Below, one piece after another: positions 11,385 to 22,939 of a stretch of 36,545 bases of DNA. Origin of the DNA: Hyphochytrium catenoides (taxonomy: Eukaryota; Protista; Hyphochytriomycota); contig FLMG01002913.1 of assembly GCA_900088475.1 (NCBI GenBank), positions 1-36,545 on the forward strand, written 5' to 3'. Numbering within the stretch: position 1 is the first letter of the stretch; each line of letters opens with the position of its first letter. The notes beneath the pieces are model-generated. The model was not told the origin of the DNA. It saw only the letters and a list, made by a program, of their open reading frames with translations, and did not search any database. Both the position numbers and the translations under genes were made by a program.

Positions 11385-13165
11385 TTATCTTGGTGGTCGT
11401 GCGGCTGAGTCCTTACCCTTACCGTCTGGTCTCGGGGCCGCATACTGGGAAGATTGCCGAAGCTCAGGGACATAAGAAGCTGTGCCCGCACCATACGCGA
11501 CTCGAGGAGTTGAGTCAGGCGTCTCTGCCTCAGAGGAGATTCTCATTTCATGTGGTATGTAGACATCGTCCACGGTGCTCGAAGGAGAGTCACTGAAAAA
11601 CTGGCTCTTGCTACTGCTCAACAGATGATTGCCGTCTATGGAGTGAAGCGTCGTAACCTCTCCCCGAGTGTTCTTGTTAGGTGATAGTCTTCCCTCTCCT
11701 GCACTTTTCGAAGCGCTTGACGGGACCTTCCAGAAAGCCCATAAACAGAGTAGGAGGGTCAAAAGTTGGAGAATGCCAAAAATCTCGTTATCGAACACAG
11801 GGTCACAAAGCAGCTCCGGCTGATCTTGACGCTTCATAACGCAAAGGTTGTATATCTGCCATGCAAAGATATCCTCTGGTCCCGTGGCAACTTCATAGAT
11901 AGTAAAGCATTGAACAGAAATGACTAGCAGAGTAGAAACCGTAAAGAGAACCAGCATCTTGGTAATTTTTGGTATGCTTCTCCACTTGCGGAGGATAGAC
12001 GATCCAACGCCCTTCCCGCCTCCATCCGGTTGATCTCCTTTCTTTACTTTGCCAGCGGCATCAAGGTCCACATTGCCGTTAATAACTACCTTCTCCAAGG
12101 TACTTTCGCGGGTCTCGATGGTGGTGACCGTCTGCATTAGCCGGCGTCGGAGAGTTAGCCCTGCGTACAAAAAATAGGCAATGCCAATCGTCCCGAGACC
12201 TGTTGTACATGCAACAAGGCAGACAGGTTAGCAAATAGCAACAGCGGCAGCAAACAAGGAAAACCTTTCTTGTCAGCAGAGCCAATGAAACCTTGTAGCA
12301 TACAGCCTTAGCACCAGGCAACAGGAGGAGGATGGTACACAATCGTTCCACTACAATAGTCGAAGGACTCGTAACAGGCAATCAAGGTGCATGGAGGTAG
12401 TAGCCGTTGGCCACATGTTGCTCACTTACCGACGAACACCGAGAACTCCAGTTCAATGTAGGGGCGAGTGTCAAACTTCTGTGTAGGGGCCTTAGCTATA
12501 AGAAGCGAGCAGATAATCACGACAAGCCACGTTGAACTTATAAGGAAAAGTCCACCCAAGCGGATACCAAGGGGAATTCTTTTATTGGTAGTTCCAAAGG
12601 TCTGGATCAATCCGCCCCAAACCATTACGATGGAGTAACTTGAGTAGACACAGGATTAGCCTGCGTTTGAGTGATCGAGAGAAAGGCAAAGGCACGCCAC
12701 TTACCAAATGCTATAGAGAGATGCGGTGCCAACATCCCAAGCAAGACGGGAGATGAGGAAGGGTAAGACATCCTGATACGAGTTCGGATCCACTCCGCGT
12801 GCTAAAAAGCTGAGGCAAGCCAGAATCATGAACGGGAAAGCCGCTCGCTGATTGTCAGAGCCTCGGCGGTATATTAAGCGGAGACGCGGCACAGTGAAAA
12901 TAAGGCCGAGCACCCCCGTCAGAGCGAAGATAACTCGCCACAGGCCGTACTTGTAGCCCAATGCTTTTGCGTATGTATCTTTGCAGTAAGGTGCTAAAGA
13001 AAGAAGATTTCACTTGTCAGTCCATTAGGACCAGACAATGTATATTCTAGGAGCTATAGCCTTACCGACGTAGGGAAAGTTACAAGGAATGTCCGCAAGT
13101 GCCGGCGAGAGCAGCACCGTTGGGGAAGTCGTCGCTCCGATGGTAGCGTTGTAATAAAGGGCCAT
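11385..13165 (-). CDS. Orphan 7-TM receptor-like protein, paralogue C (470 aa)
   Basis: Exons (minus) 13165-13066, 12993-12705, 12638-12430, 12199-11385 join in frame (1413 nt). Motifs IPCNFPYV/APYC, LWR, RGSDNQRAAFP, ARGVDPNSYQD, SLYSIC, YAGLTLRRRL, FAWQIYNLC..LCDPVFDNE, WAFWKVP, then a Ser-rich tail. Confidence 0.88.
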
Positions 13166-14119
13166 CTTCTTCTGGAGGATAGGCGCCCTTGCACGAGCTC
13201 GACAAGGGATTTTACTATCTGGTCGTGAAAGTGCACCGAGGTGGCCTCAGTTGGTACTGTCGGAACTAAGCTTCAACCGTGGTGCTTTTTGATAAGAGAT
13301 CTCCACTTCCTTTGCACCAAACTTCGTGCCGCGGCCAAGTGAAGTAGTGAGTGCTGAGGGCCTCGGCTACCCTAAATATTGTACACAAACCGGTGCTGCA
13401 GGGGCAGTAGAAAGAGCTTTTACCTTGTTACGCTGTGCTGCTAAAGAACTTATCACACGACGAGAAGGTAACTTTGTTCTCAAGAAACGCTTCTGGTCGT
13501 ACCCTAAGGAGAGCGCTAAAGGTAGACAGCAAGGATTTACTAGCAGGATTCCAGTGGGTTTAGGGACACTGAGCTTGTATCGGCCAATGAATTGCTACGC
13601 CAAACCCTTATAGCCTTCTTCGTTGTCGACCTGGCTTATTATTAGATGGTGGTGGAACAAAAAACAACTGAAGGGTCTTACATGGCTTGAGATGATGGGG
13701 CTGATGTGGGGCAGAGAACACTAGCGAAAAAGCGGAGGATATGTTTTCAGACGAACAATAACAGGTATCGTTACTATGATGAAAGGGAGGAGGGGTTAAC
13801 GTGGTGAGGGGTCATCCTACTAAAGGTAAAGTAGTAAGAAGACGGGTCCAGCATAGAGGCGTCATCTAATGGTTACCAACAGGTAACAGAAAGACCTAAA
13901 AGCTAACAGGCACGTCAGCCGTAGTCTCATCATACTTTCGTTCAACCAGAAGAGGGGAGGACAACTGCTGCTGGTGAAGATCAGGGAGGACGTGGGAGTG
14001 CAGTCGAAAGCTGGAAGGGAGGAGAGATGAGGAGGAACTGAGGTGGCAGGCAAGTGGTCAGAGCGGGAACCAAGCGACATGTCTGATCCTTCTCATCATA
14101 ACCAGCAGCAGGAGGACAA

Positions 14120-14163
14120 GAAGAGGAGGATAGAAGAGGAGGATAGAAGAGGACGATAGAAGA
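14120..14163. repeat. 13-bp purine-rich minisatellite, about 3.4 copies
   Basis: gaagaggaggata gaagaggaggata gaagaggacgata gaaga. Confidence 0.8.
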
Positions 14164-15628
14164 AGAGGAGGAAAGTGGCAAGCGACTCTTCAGGGTCTGA
14201 GTCCAGCTCTTGGCGTCAAGAAGTGCACCACAGCCGTGGTGATGAGGCGACAGAGGTGAAGGGGGGACGGAAAATTCCCGCCGTTTTGGGCGGGAATGGG
14301 GCTGCGTACAGCTCTTGTTCGCTATACAAACTACCTTTACTCTGTACAACGAACGTTTGACCCTCATCAGCTCAAAAATTCAACATACAATAGTGAGAAC
14401 ACGAAGCCACTGTTATTATTAGAGCACATGTCAAGGAGAGCGCACCTTGAGAAGACGAGCGCACCACTAGCGCATGACATTGTACGGAAACACCGCTTAT
14501 AGCCCTGATGCGATCTCAATTCTAAGGGTATGCTTTCTAGGACACCATCCCTCCAACCAAGAACAAAATGACAAACACTTGCTGCACAGACTAGCGGTTA
14601 GCGGTAGGGCTGCGGCGTTTCTGTCATTCTGTCATTGCCGCCTTTGCGACAACCTCAACTCTGTCGCATCGAAAAACCTCTGCAATTCTGTATCTTCGAT
14701 GTAAAAATCTGCTCTCAGGGAAAGGGTCTTATGCTCTTTCTGTACCTCGGCTGTGCCCAATCAGTCGATTAAGATAGCTTCTTATCGCGGCCGTTCGGAC
14801 TCTAATACAGCAAACGACGAGTAGTACTTAAAAGGCCTTCCCAGGGGCGATTCAGCAGCGCAGGCATGCCGTCTAGTTTGAAAGGACAGTTCAAGTTTGA
14901 AAGGACATTTCCGCTTGAAGGTGCACACTTGCTTGGGGCCTGTTGTTGGTGATGGCAGTAAGCTTTACTCTGTCTAGAAATGGTAAGAGCTGTTTCCATG
15001 AGTATAGACGTTAAAGCTCTGTTGCAATAACGGGCCTTGTTGTTGGTGCTAATAACAGACAGCTGGCTACATGTGTGACCACGGTCTGGACGCAACCCAC
15101 CACCACGTCAAGAAAGCTGATTGGAGGACATCAATACCCTGGCTGAAACTTGAGGAAGTCGAACTCTATATAGAGCAGGTATATCACTTATATAGGCAAG
15201 GATTTGCCCTGTCCTAAAGGCACTATTGTTTGTAGGAAGTACAAGGATCGGAGCTGGATGAACTGCTAGGCTCTACGGAGTTTGCAGCAGCATTCCAGTT
15301 GGTACGAGACCAGCTACGCTGCCAAGGGGGTGCGTTTATTTTTTAAGTTATCCCTTACACCTTTAGGCACGGCGGCGCCGACGACATTATCATGTGGAAG
15401 TACCAGTTGTACGGCAGTCAGGCTGGTCAGTGCCACGGTAAGAGCAGTGGTCTCTGTCAACAGCAAACTGACAGGACGTCTTGCAGTGGACGTGCCATCA
15501 CATTCGGCTCTCCATGCGATTGGAAGGATGGCATTGCGAAGCGAGTTCTCCAGGGAAGCCTCAGTGTTCTTACTATCGTTTTCTGTATGCGGGGGAAGGG
15601 CACCGTCGAAGCACAAAGCCGCAACTTG

Positions 15629-17095
15629 ATGGTGTGCTCACTATCAGAGGATACAGCAAGGCCGACCAAGGTAAACTTTCTAAAGAGTTTCTTAGAGGGG
15701 CACAGTCACAGGATTTACTGATTCGTTTTGTCTGTTCCATAATCCATAAATAGAATCTAAGGCTAGGCCCCAGAAGCTATTCTCAGGGCAAAACACTCTG
15801 TTATGGTGCGTTTGCCTGCAAAGGAGACTTTCGGGCGCATATGGAGGACAGACACATCGCTGTTCAAGACCTTCTTCGATATAGAAAACGGCCGTTACGA
15901 CGATCAGCGGATTCAGCACAGGAAATTTGGTACTGGGGAGTCTACGATGGCCACAACGGTCAAGAAATAGCAGAAGCGCTCCAGCAGAAGCTTCATCTGG
16001 AGCTAGCAGAGGTAACAACGGCCTTTATAATATCGCCCTGGCGCCAGAAGTAACCTTACCTGACGGACTTGGTCTCCTTGCAGAGCGAGCACTTCCCAGA
16101 AAATTTGGCCAATGCGTTGAAGCTCGCTTACCTCAGCCTTGACCAGAAGCTCACTCAGGTGGCGCTAAAACCCGAGAACACATGGGCTTCCGGCTCTACG
16201 GTACGAATTCCTTTCGGTAGAGCTCCGAAGTCAGCCTGATGCGTCCTACTACCTTTCTTGCTAGGCTATTTCCGTTGTAATACAAGGAAATAAACTATTT
16301 ATAGCCAACGCGGGAGACTGTCGCGCCGTGCTCTGTCGCAGTGGAAAGGTATAGCGACATCTACGTCTCTCTTGTTCTTTAAACTCCCTTGCTCACCTAA
16401 GGACCTCTCTAATGCCCTGCTTTATCGCAGGCCATTGCGTTGACCACTGATCATCGGCCTGATCTCTTGAGTGAGGCTGAGCGTGTGAATAAGGCAGGCG
16501 GGTTCATTATCAGTGGCTACGTAGGCGACGCCGTCGGTGTGACCCGAGCATTTGGAGACGTCGACCACAAATATTTTAGGAAGCTGAAAGGGGTAGGCTG
16601 GTGTACATGAAAGCGCTCAGGGGCTAGCGTACCTCACTATTCATTTTCTTTCACTTCTACGATACGCAGCTAACCGCAGAGCCTGAAACTGTTGAAAGAG
16701 TCCTGGATGAGGAAGATGAGTTTCTTGTCGTTGCATGTGATGGTCTCTGGGATGGCTTTCCAGGAGCCAATGGCTCGCAGGTGCGTAGAAAATCCAGCTC
16801 TATGTTATGAAACAGCTATGAGATGACACTCGTAATCTATGTGTATCAGAAAGCGATTGATGTAGTCCGGTCTTCTCTACGACGGTCTTTAGACCCTTCC
16901 GTAGCTTGCCGGGATATCGCCGAGAGGGCGATGATGAAGAACAATGATAACGTCACTGTCGTGGTCATTTCCTTTCACAGAAGAGAAGGCTTTGTCTGGG
17001 ACACCGTTGAAGAAGGCTTGTCATCTTCAGCTCGAGTCAGGCCTCAACTGAGCCGGGCCGGCCTGAGTATGCTTAAGAGCATCTTGGCCCCTTAG
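15629..17095 (+). CDS. Protein phosphatase 2C (PPM family), about 339 aa
   Basis: Exons 15629-15670, 15754-16011, 16084-16200, 16265-16348, 16431-16592, 16670-16780, 16850-17095. PPM motifs RAHMED, GVYDGHNG, SGST/A, IANAGDCRAVL, LTTDHRP, VTRAFGD, EFLVVACDGLWD, DNVTVVVI. The start codon is less certain because the exon 1 frame is open further upstream. Confidence 0.93.
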
Positions 17096-17511
17096 CTTAC
17101 TCTAAGTTGAGCATCATGAAATTAAAACTTTCTTTGTTTGGGCAGTTCTTTCCTATAGCGGCGCGACGGCCCAGATGCTTTATTGCTTTATTGTGCACTC
17201 CTCCTTAAAGGGGAATATGTTTCAGTCATTTTACGTTTCACTATAACTTGTAAGGAGAAAGAGTGATGCCTGGGGGAATAGGATTGAGAATGGAATCTTG
17301 AATCATAACCCCTCCCGCAGGTTGGAGTCACGATCATCTCTGACAGTCTGGACGCTGAACTCATGCTTCGCAGAGCAGGAGAACTCTAAACGACACCAGA
17401 TCGGAGCAAAGCTATCCCTACGAAGGACGCCATGATGAGGAAGGCCAGACGGCGATGATTTGAGGCAAGGTTGCGATTGCTGCCAGAGACCAGGCGCTAT
17501 TGTTCCTCAAG

Positions 17512-19790
17512 ATGATGCAAGACTATCAAACTTGGGAGAAGTTTGATGTGGAGGCAGAGTTATCCAAGCTAGAAGAGCAGGAGAAGCAGGAAGAAGTAAG
17601 TCAGAAAGCTGCTGCAATAGAGCAGAAGAAAGATGTTCTCCTCGGGGAAGTAGTCGAATCCGTCCAAGAACAGGCAGAGACGCTATCTGCTCATGCTGCC
17701 GTGGCAGCACTTCGCGCAAAACGGAATAGACGCAATCTGGCCCGAGCGACAGCTCCGTCACAGTCCTTGGAGACAGGGTCGGCAGTTGCAATACAAAGAG
17801 AGGTGAATGTAGTCCAGGAGTTCTCGCTGAAGATGCAGGAGATGAGAGCGCGCAAGGCAGATGGCGACCGTAAGCGGAAGGAGGGACTCTATGACGACGC
17901 CATCAGTCAATATATTGCCTGCCTACAGGCAGCGGAAGGCGTTGATCGTCTCATTACCCAGCTTCAGTCTCACTCGGATTCTGAGGTGAGAAAGTCCTTA
18001 AAGTAGAGAGGGAGAGAACAGAGCAGGGTAAAGATAGACGTAGAAGCAACCTATGTATTAGAAAAACCGGGGTGCGAAACAAAGAAAGGAAAGGGCACAT
18101 ATAAAGAGAGAATGCCACTCGGATGAGCCCGAGCCGTATGACAAGAGTGGAGCTTTACACTAGCCTCCTTTTCGCTCCGCTTTCTTTCTCAGCCATCGGT
18201 CCACTTTGAGGCTGAAAGCAAGGCCTGTCACGCTTGCCATAAGCAAGAGCATAATGACTGTGGCAATGGGCAGCCCGACGTGAAGGAGATGCAAGAAGGA
18301 GTGGGCTGCAACAGCCACTCTCATTCTCAAGGGAGGGAAAAGAACAAACATCAAGGGCCCACGCTCCCGAAAAAAGATGATCTCAAAGGAATCCTGCGGC
18401 TAGTTCGCTCGTCCACGCACTCCTCGCTGGGACTCTGCTACTTTCATATAGGTGCCTTAGCAGACGCAGCAGACGCCCTGAGAATGTCACTCTTGGCGGA
18501 GGACAAGGATGGCGACGTTTGGATCAAGAGGGGCGAAGTCTTTATGGCTCTTGGTACGCGAGGACATTGCAGCTAAGTACTAACACGTTGATGCTCACAC
18601 GTTTGACCGTTAGGGGTTCCTCTACTGGCTGAGCTTCATTTTTCCCAGGTTCAGACGAAGGTACGTGCTACCACAGCTTTAGTTGATTAACGGGCAAAAG
18701 TGATTTTTTTTTTCTCGTTGCTACATTTGCAGGAAGGAGAGGAAGAGCGCAGGCTTGCAGAAGATCAGATCCTTCTGGGGTTAACCGAAGGTAGACCAAA
18801 AGTGAAAATTAGAAATAGTCCCTTCAGCCTAGTCTAAAGATTGGACCGACGGACTACACTTACTCTACCGCAGCGTTCTTAGAGGAGAAAGAAACGAGGG
18901 CACTGGATGCAGTGTCCAACTCTAAAGTGGCCCTCTTAGAGTTAGTTCAAGCCTCAAGAAAGGCGGGGGACGTTCTTCTGCGAGAGCAGTTTTATCATTC
19001 TGCTGAACGGAAGTATGAAGCTGCTATACGAGCCTTCAATCTACTGGTCTCTCGCACTTCACAACACCATCCAAAGCTTTCTGAAGAAGAGGTGAAGGCC
19101 GAGATTTTGAAGAGTGCTGCTATTAGAGAGGTAGGTTGCTCTTGCTTGGGAGGTAGAGGAGATTGGTTTTGCCAGGTAACTGCCTTTTAATAACTCTTCA
19201 TCTTTTGAAGACCTTACGAGCAGTTATGCTGAGCCAGTCAGTCTGCCTAACTAAGCTCAACAAACAGCCAAAGAAGGTGAGGAACATGTGCCTTGGACCA
19301 GGCGAACCCCTTCTTGACTCTTGCCCACCACTCTTCAAACCCTATATTGTCAAAACCCGGTCCTGCTGTAGGTGATCGAGCTCTGCTCAGAGGCTATAAC
19401 GCTGGCTCTGGATCCCGACCAAGAAACCGAGGGGCTATTCCGAAGGTATATGGTTACAAATTTTGAGCCCATGCAGCGCTCAGACCGGCCGAAGGGGTTG
19501 AATCACTTTTTGCTTCCTCTGCCCTGCGCTGTAGATGTAAGGGCTGGCAGATGCAGTACCGTTATTCTCAAGCTATCAGTGACGCAGAAGCCGCTTTGGG
19601 TCGGTGCAAAACCTCTCCGAGGTAAAAATCCTTCCAAAAATCTTCTTCTTGGCGTTCTTCCAGCCTTTCTCTATTTTCCTGATGGTATGTCATGTCTTAC
19701 AGGAGGTCAGTCATCGCGAAGGAATTAGACAGATTACATTTTCTCTATCAGCAAATGCCTATAGGTGATGGCGCGTCTAAAGCCAACTAG
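17512..19790 (+). CDS. TPR-repeat protein (possible Hsp70/Hsp90 co-chaperone), about 503 aa
   Basis: Exons 17512-17985, 18193-18553, 18614-18660, 18733-18790, 18874-19130, 19211-19276, 19372-19445, 19535-19621, 19703-19790 join in frame. N-terminal DYQTWEKFDVEAEL plus coiled coil. TPR helices ARKADGDRKRKEGLYDDAISQY, SLGLCYFHIGALADA, VWIKRGEVFMALG, RKAGDVLLREQFYHSAERKYEAA, VIELCSEAI..GLFRRCK..YSQAISDAEAAL. Confidence 0.85.
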
Positions 19791-20790
19791 CATAGCAGTT
19801 ATTTATCGGATGATGGATGCTTGACCATGAGGAGTATCATAGAGAGATTGACATTAGCTTCCTTTCCAGAAGGCTCGTCGGTATCACTGCTTTTAAAGCC
19901 ATCAGCATTCAAAACGGGAGTCCTGGCATAGAACTTAATCTTTCTAAACGATGACGTGCTTTTTGACTCCTGCCATTGAGAGCAGCTCCTTGAAGTTATG
20001 GCCGCTGTCGAATAGCACAGGATGAAGCATTTAGAGACATATAGCCCAGTGGGGACATAGCTGGATGAACAACTTGCCCTGCGGTTCTGCTCCAACAAGC
20101 AGCGACCATATGGTGTCCAGTACAGATGTTGCAGGGGATCAATGCCAGATGTCTGGAAGATTGATGAGACGTTTTGGCCTTTATGCCGGGCGGCGCTCGT
20201 TCTTACTAAAGCGCTTATGTAGTCGGAATCCCATCTTCTTTAGTGAGGACGGCTTGAGCCTGAGGAAGATCGCATTCCATTACTTTCACTTCTTGTCAGG
20301 CAGAAAGCTGCCGCATCCTCACAGCAGACACGAAACTGGCAAAGTAAACATCGAATATAACTCCTTCATTAACAAATACTCCATATCTGTTATGTATGTC
20401 TGAGTGTTCATCTTCGTTGCCGAATATACGTCCATCATTGGCTACTCGCACGAAATGGAGGGAGAACAATTCTGACGTGGGAACGAGTGATGAGAGGACG
20501 AGGAGGTAGAGATCTCTCTCATCTCACACAAAAGCTCGTTGACTTCTATCCAAAGGAGGACCTGGAGTCCTGCACTTATGTACCGCGCGGTCTTCCCCTC
20601 TTAACTGCATGGAGTGAATGAAAAGGATAGATCACGCTGGAAAGATCGTATTCTACTGCCATTATCCTTCTTCGTTGAGGCAGGGAAGAGTCCCTGAATC
20701 TTCGAGCGCCATCGCCAATAATCTGCATAATATCGAGCCTAGTCCCTGAATGCGTCTATACCGACGGATCACTTACCTACCTTAGAAGCG

Positions 20791-22179
20791 ATGAGATCGG
20801 GCATCGTGGGCCAAATTCTAACAGCAGCTCTGGTCGCAGTTCTCTCCGCCATTGTATGGACCGCGGTAGATCCCAACGGCTGGAGCAGAGTGCCATTATT
20901 GACATTTCATCCGGAGCGGTACCATGGTCACCTTGTGGAAGAGAAGTTCTTTGAGGGCTGGTACTTCAAATTAGCGGATAAACATCAGGACCACGTGCTC
21001 GCCATTGTTATAGGCGTTTTCAAAGGCGTTGAGGGTGGAGAGGAGGCTAAGGTTGCCCCGGAGAGACAGAGCCAATCCTTTATTTTTGTCTCTGTCAATG
21101 GCAAGGAGGTAGGCTAAGACGGATGTTCCTTCTAACCTTATGGCGTTTCCTAACCGACCCTGCCCCACCGCAGTCGCACTATTTCAGGTTCCCGGCCTCC
21201 GCTTTTGAAGCTGCCAAGGATAGGTTTGAAGTTCGAATTGGCAAGAATGTATTCACTTCCACCAGGTATCTTGAGCGATGAGAAGCAATCACGGTGCCAT
21301 ACCACCACTAACAGGCTTTTCCCGCAGTGTGACTTTAGACCTGGACTACAGGACGCCGAGCAATAACAAGCATGATGCTAGACTTGTCATCTCTGGTCAC
21401 ATATCCTTCAACAACTTGAAGCCTTGGCCTGTAAGCCCTCTGTTTTTAGGTGCGATGGGGCCAACCGGGTGGCTTCCCTTAGAGTGTTATCACGGGGTCC
21501 TGAGCTTTGACCATGATGTCAGTGGGTCCTTGCTGATCAATGGTACATCCACCTCCTTCCACGGCGGGAAAGGCTATACTGAGAAGGATTGGGGTCGGAA
21601 CTTCCCCGCCTCTTGGATCTGGTTCCAGAGTAACCACTTCGAGAACGGTCAAGGCACCTCGCTCCTAGTTTCTTTAGCCAAAGTTCCTCTACCCCTGGTT
21701 CCACTTGACCTTCCAGGTACGTTCCCACGTAAGTTCTCACTTCAGGACCTGTCAGTTTGATCCTTTTCGGCTGTATCATTGCAGGCATTTTGGTTGCTTT
21801 CCATCACAAGGGAGAGCTTTACCGCTTCACTAGTTATCTGCTGCCACGTGTTTTGCGCCTGGAGCACCGAAAGAACGATCGGATTGTGCTCCATCTGCAG
21901 ACACTGACTCACAGGCTCGAAGTGGAAATATACTGCCGTGATCTACACTTTACTACCCTTTATGGTCCCATCAACGACTCTATGATTCCCTTTGTACCTG
22001 AGTCGTTAGGCGCCAAAGCGAAAGTCACTCTCTATCAAAGGAATCTCCTAGGAGCCGGAGGAAACGATACTCTCATCTACAGTGGCACTGGACACAACGG
22101 CGGACTGGAAATCATCGGAGACACGGACTGGCTTTTGGAACATGTTGGGAAGTTCTCGTCCATATTCTATCCGTGGTAG
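20791..22179 (+). CDS. Tocopherol cyclase family protein with N-terminal signal/anchor, about 397 aa
   Basis: Exons 20791-21108, 21174-21265, 21328-21716, 21785-22179 join in frame. Family motifs FFEGWYFK, MGPTGWLPLECYHGVLSFDH, GKGYTEKDWGRNFPASWIWFQSNHF, GGLEIIGD. Confidence 0.9.
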
Positions 22180-22939
22180 GGTGGTGGCCATAGTAGTTGC
22201 CTCCGATCGACTATCCTAGTATATATATATATCGGTAGCTAAAGGGTGAGGGCGCTATCTACCCCTAGAAAAGGTTTCGCCTTCGGTATCTCTCCGTAGA
22301 ATAGGAAGGACCACGACATCCGTAGGTAGACCTCTGGAAATGACGCCTGAAAGACTGCATCCATATTCATGGTCACTTGCCTGCTTCCCACCTTCAGTCC
22401 TGAGCATCTCTTGCCTGTTATGTCAGTCTGCTCCGCACAGCTGACTCATTCCCGAGCCACTGGACCCATCAGTGAGCTCCCCTTGGGTTTGATACACAAA
22501 GAGTGACTGCAGCATCATGACTGCGCGATCTTTCAGTTCGGATTCTGACCCTCGTTCAGACTTCATACCCTATATAGTCGTAATAACCAAGCAGGATAAC
22601 GATGTTCTGAGCGTTTGATTGGAAGATCCTTTGTGTGCGGTTTTCACAAGCCACTTGAGCAGGCCATCGCAAAACCCTCTCCGAATATATTCTCATTTGT
22701 GACTCTTCAGTGCCGCAATATCGGCACATGCGAGGTAGTGGCACGCGCTGATGAAAGTTGAAGGCTTCCCAATAAATCTGCACCATCCCTCATCCTCTAG
22801 TGGCCCAGGTCAAGCACTCTGGCCCTTGCAAGCGCACATAGATGTTGATCTCATGACGCATGCGGCGATCTGGCGCGCTATCTGAACCTTCTACATGCTA
22901 CAGGCCATCAGTGGTAGTAGTGTTGGCTTCGGGTAGACC

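Noticed and set aside
12639-12662. Alternative acceptor cgcag at 12661-12662 in paralogue C intron 2
   Set aside because: It gives a frameshift and early stop. The caag acceptor at 12639-12640 matches the paralogues and follows a CTAAT branch point.
14802-15629. Overlapping ORFs of about 100 aa upstream of PP2C and the palindrome ctctatatagag (15164-15175)
   Set aside because: No recognisable protein. Probably promoter or 5' UTR, although an N-terminal PP2C extension cannot be excluded.
15629-17095. All six PP2C introns are phase 0
   Set aside because: Phase 0 is the commonest class, so this is plausible by chance.
19799-20720. Possible small spliced minus-strand gene between the TPR and cyclase genes
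   Set aside because: No consistent exon chain or recognisable protein could be built.
20689-20751. agtccctgaat repeated twice upstream of the cyclase ATG
   Set aside because: It could be a promoter element, but it was not noticed at other genes and the support is insufficient.
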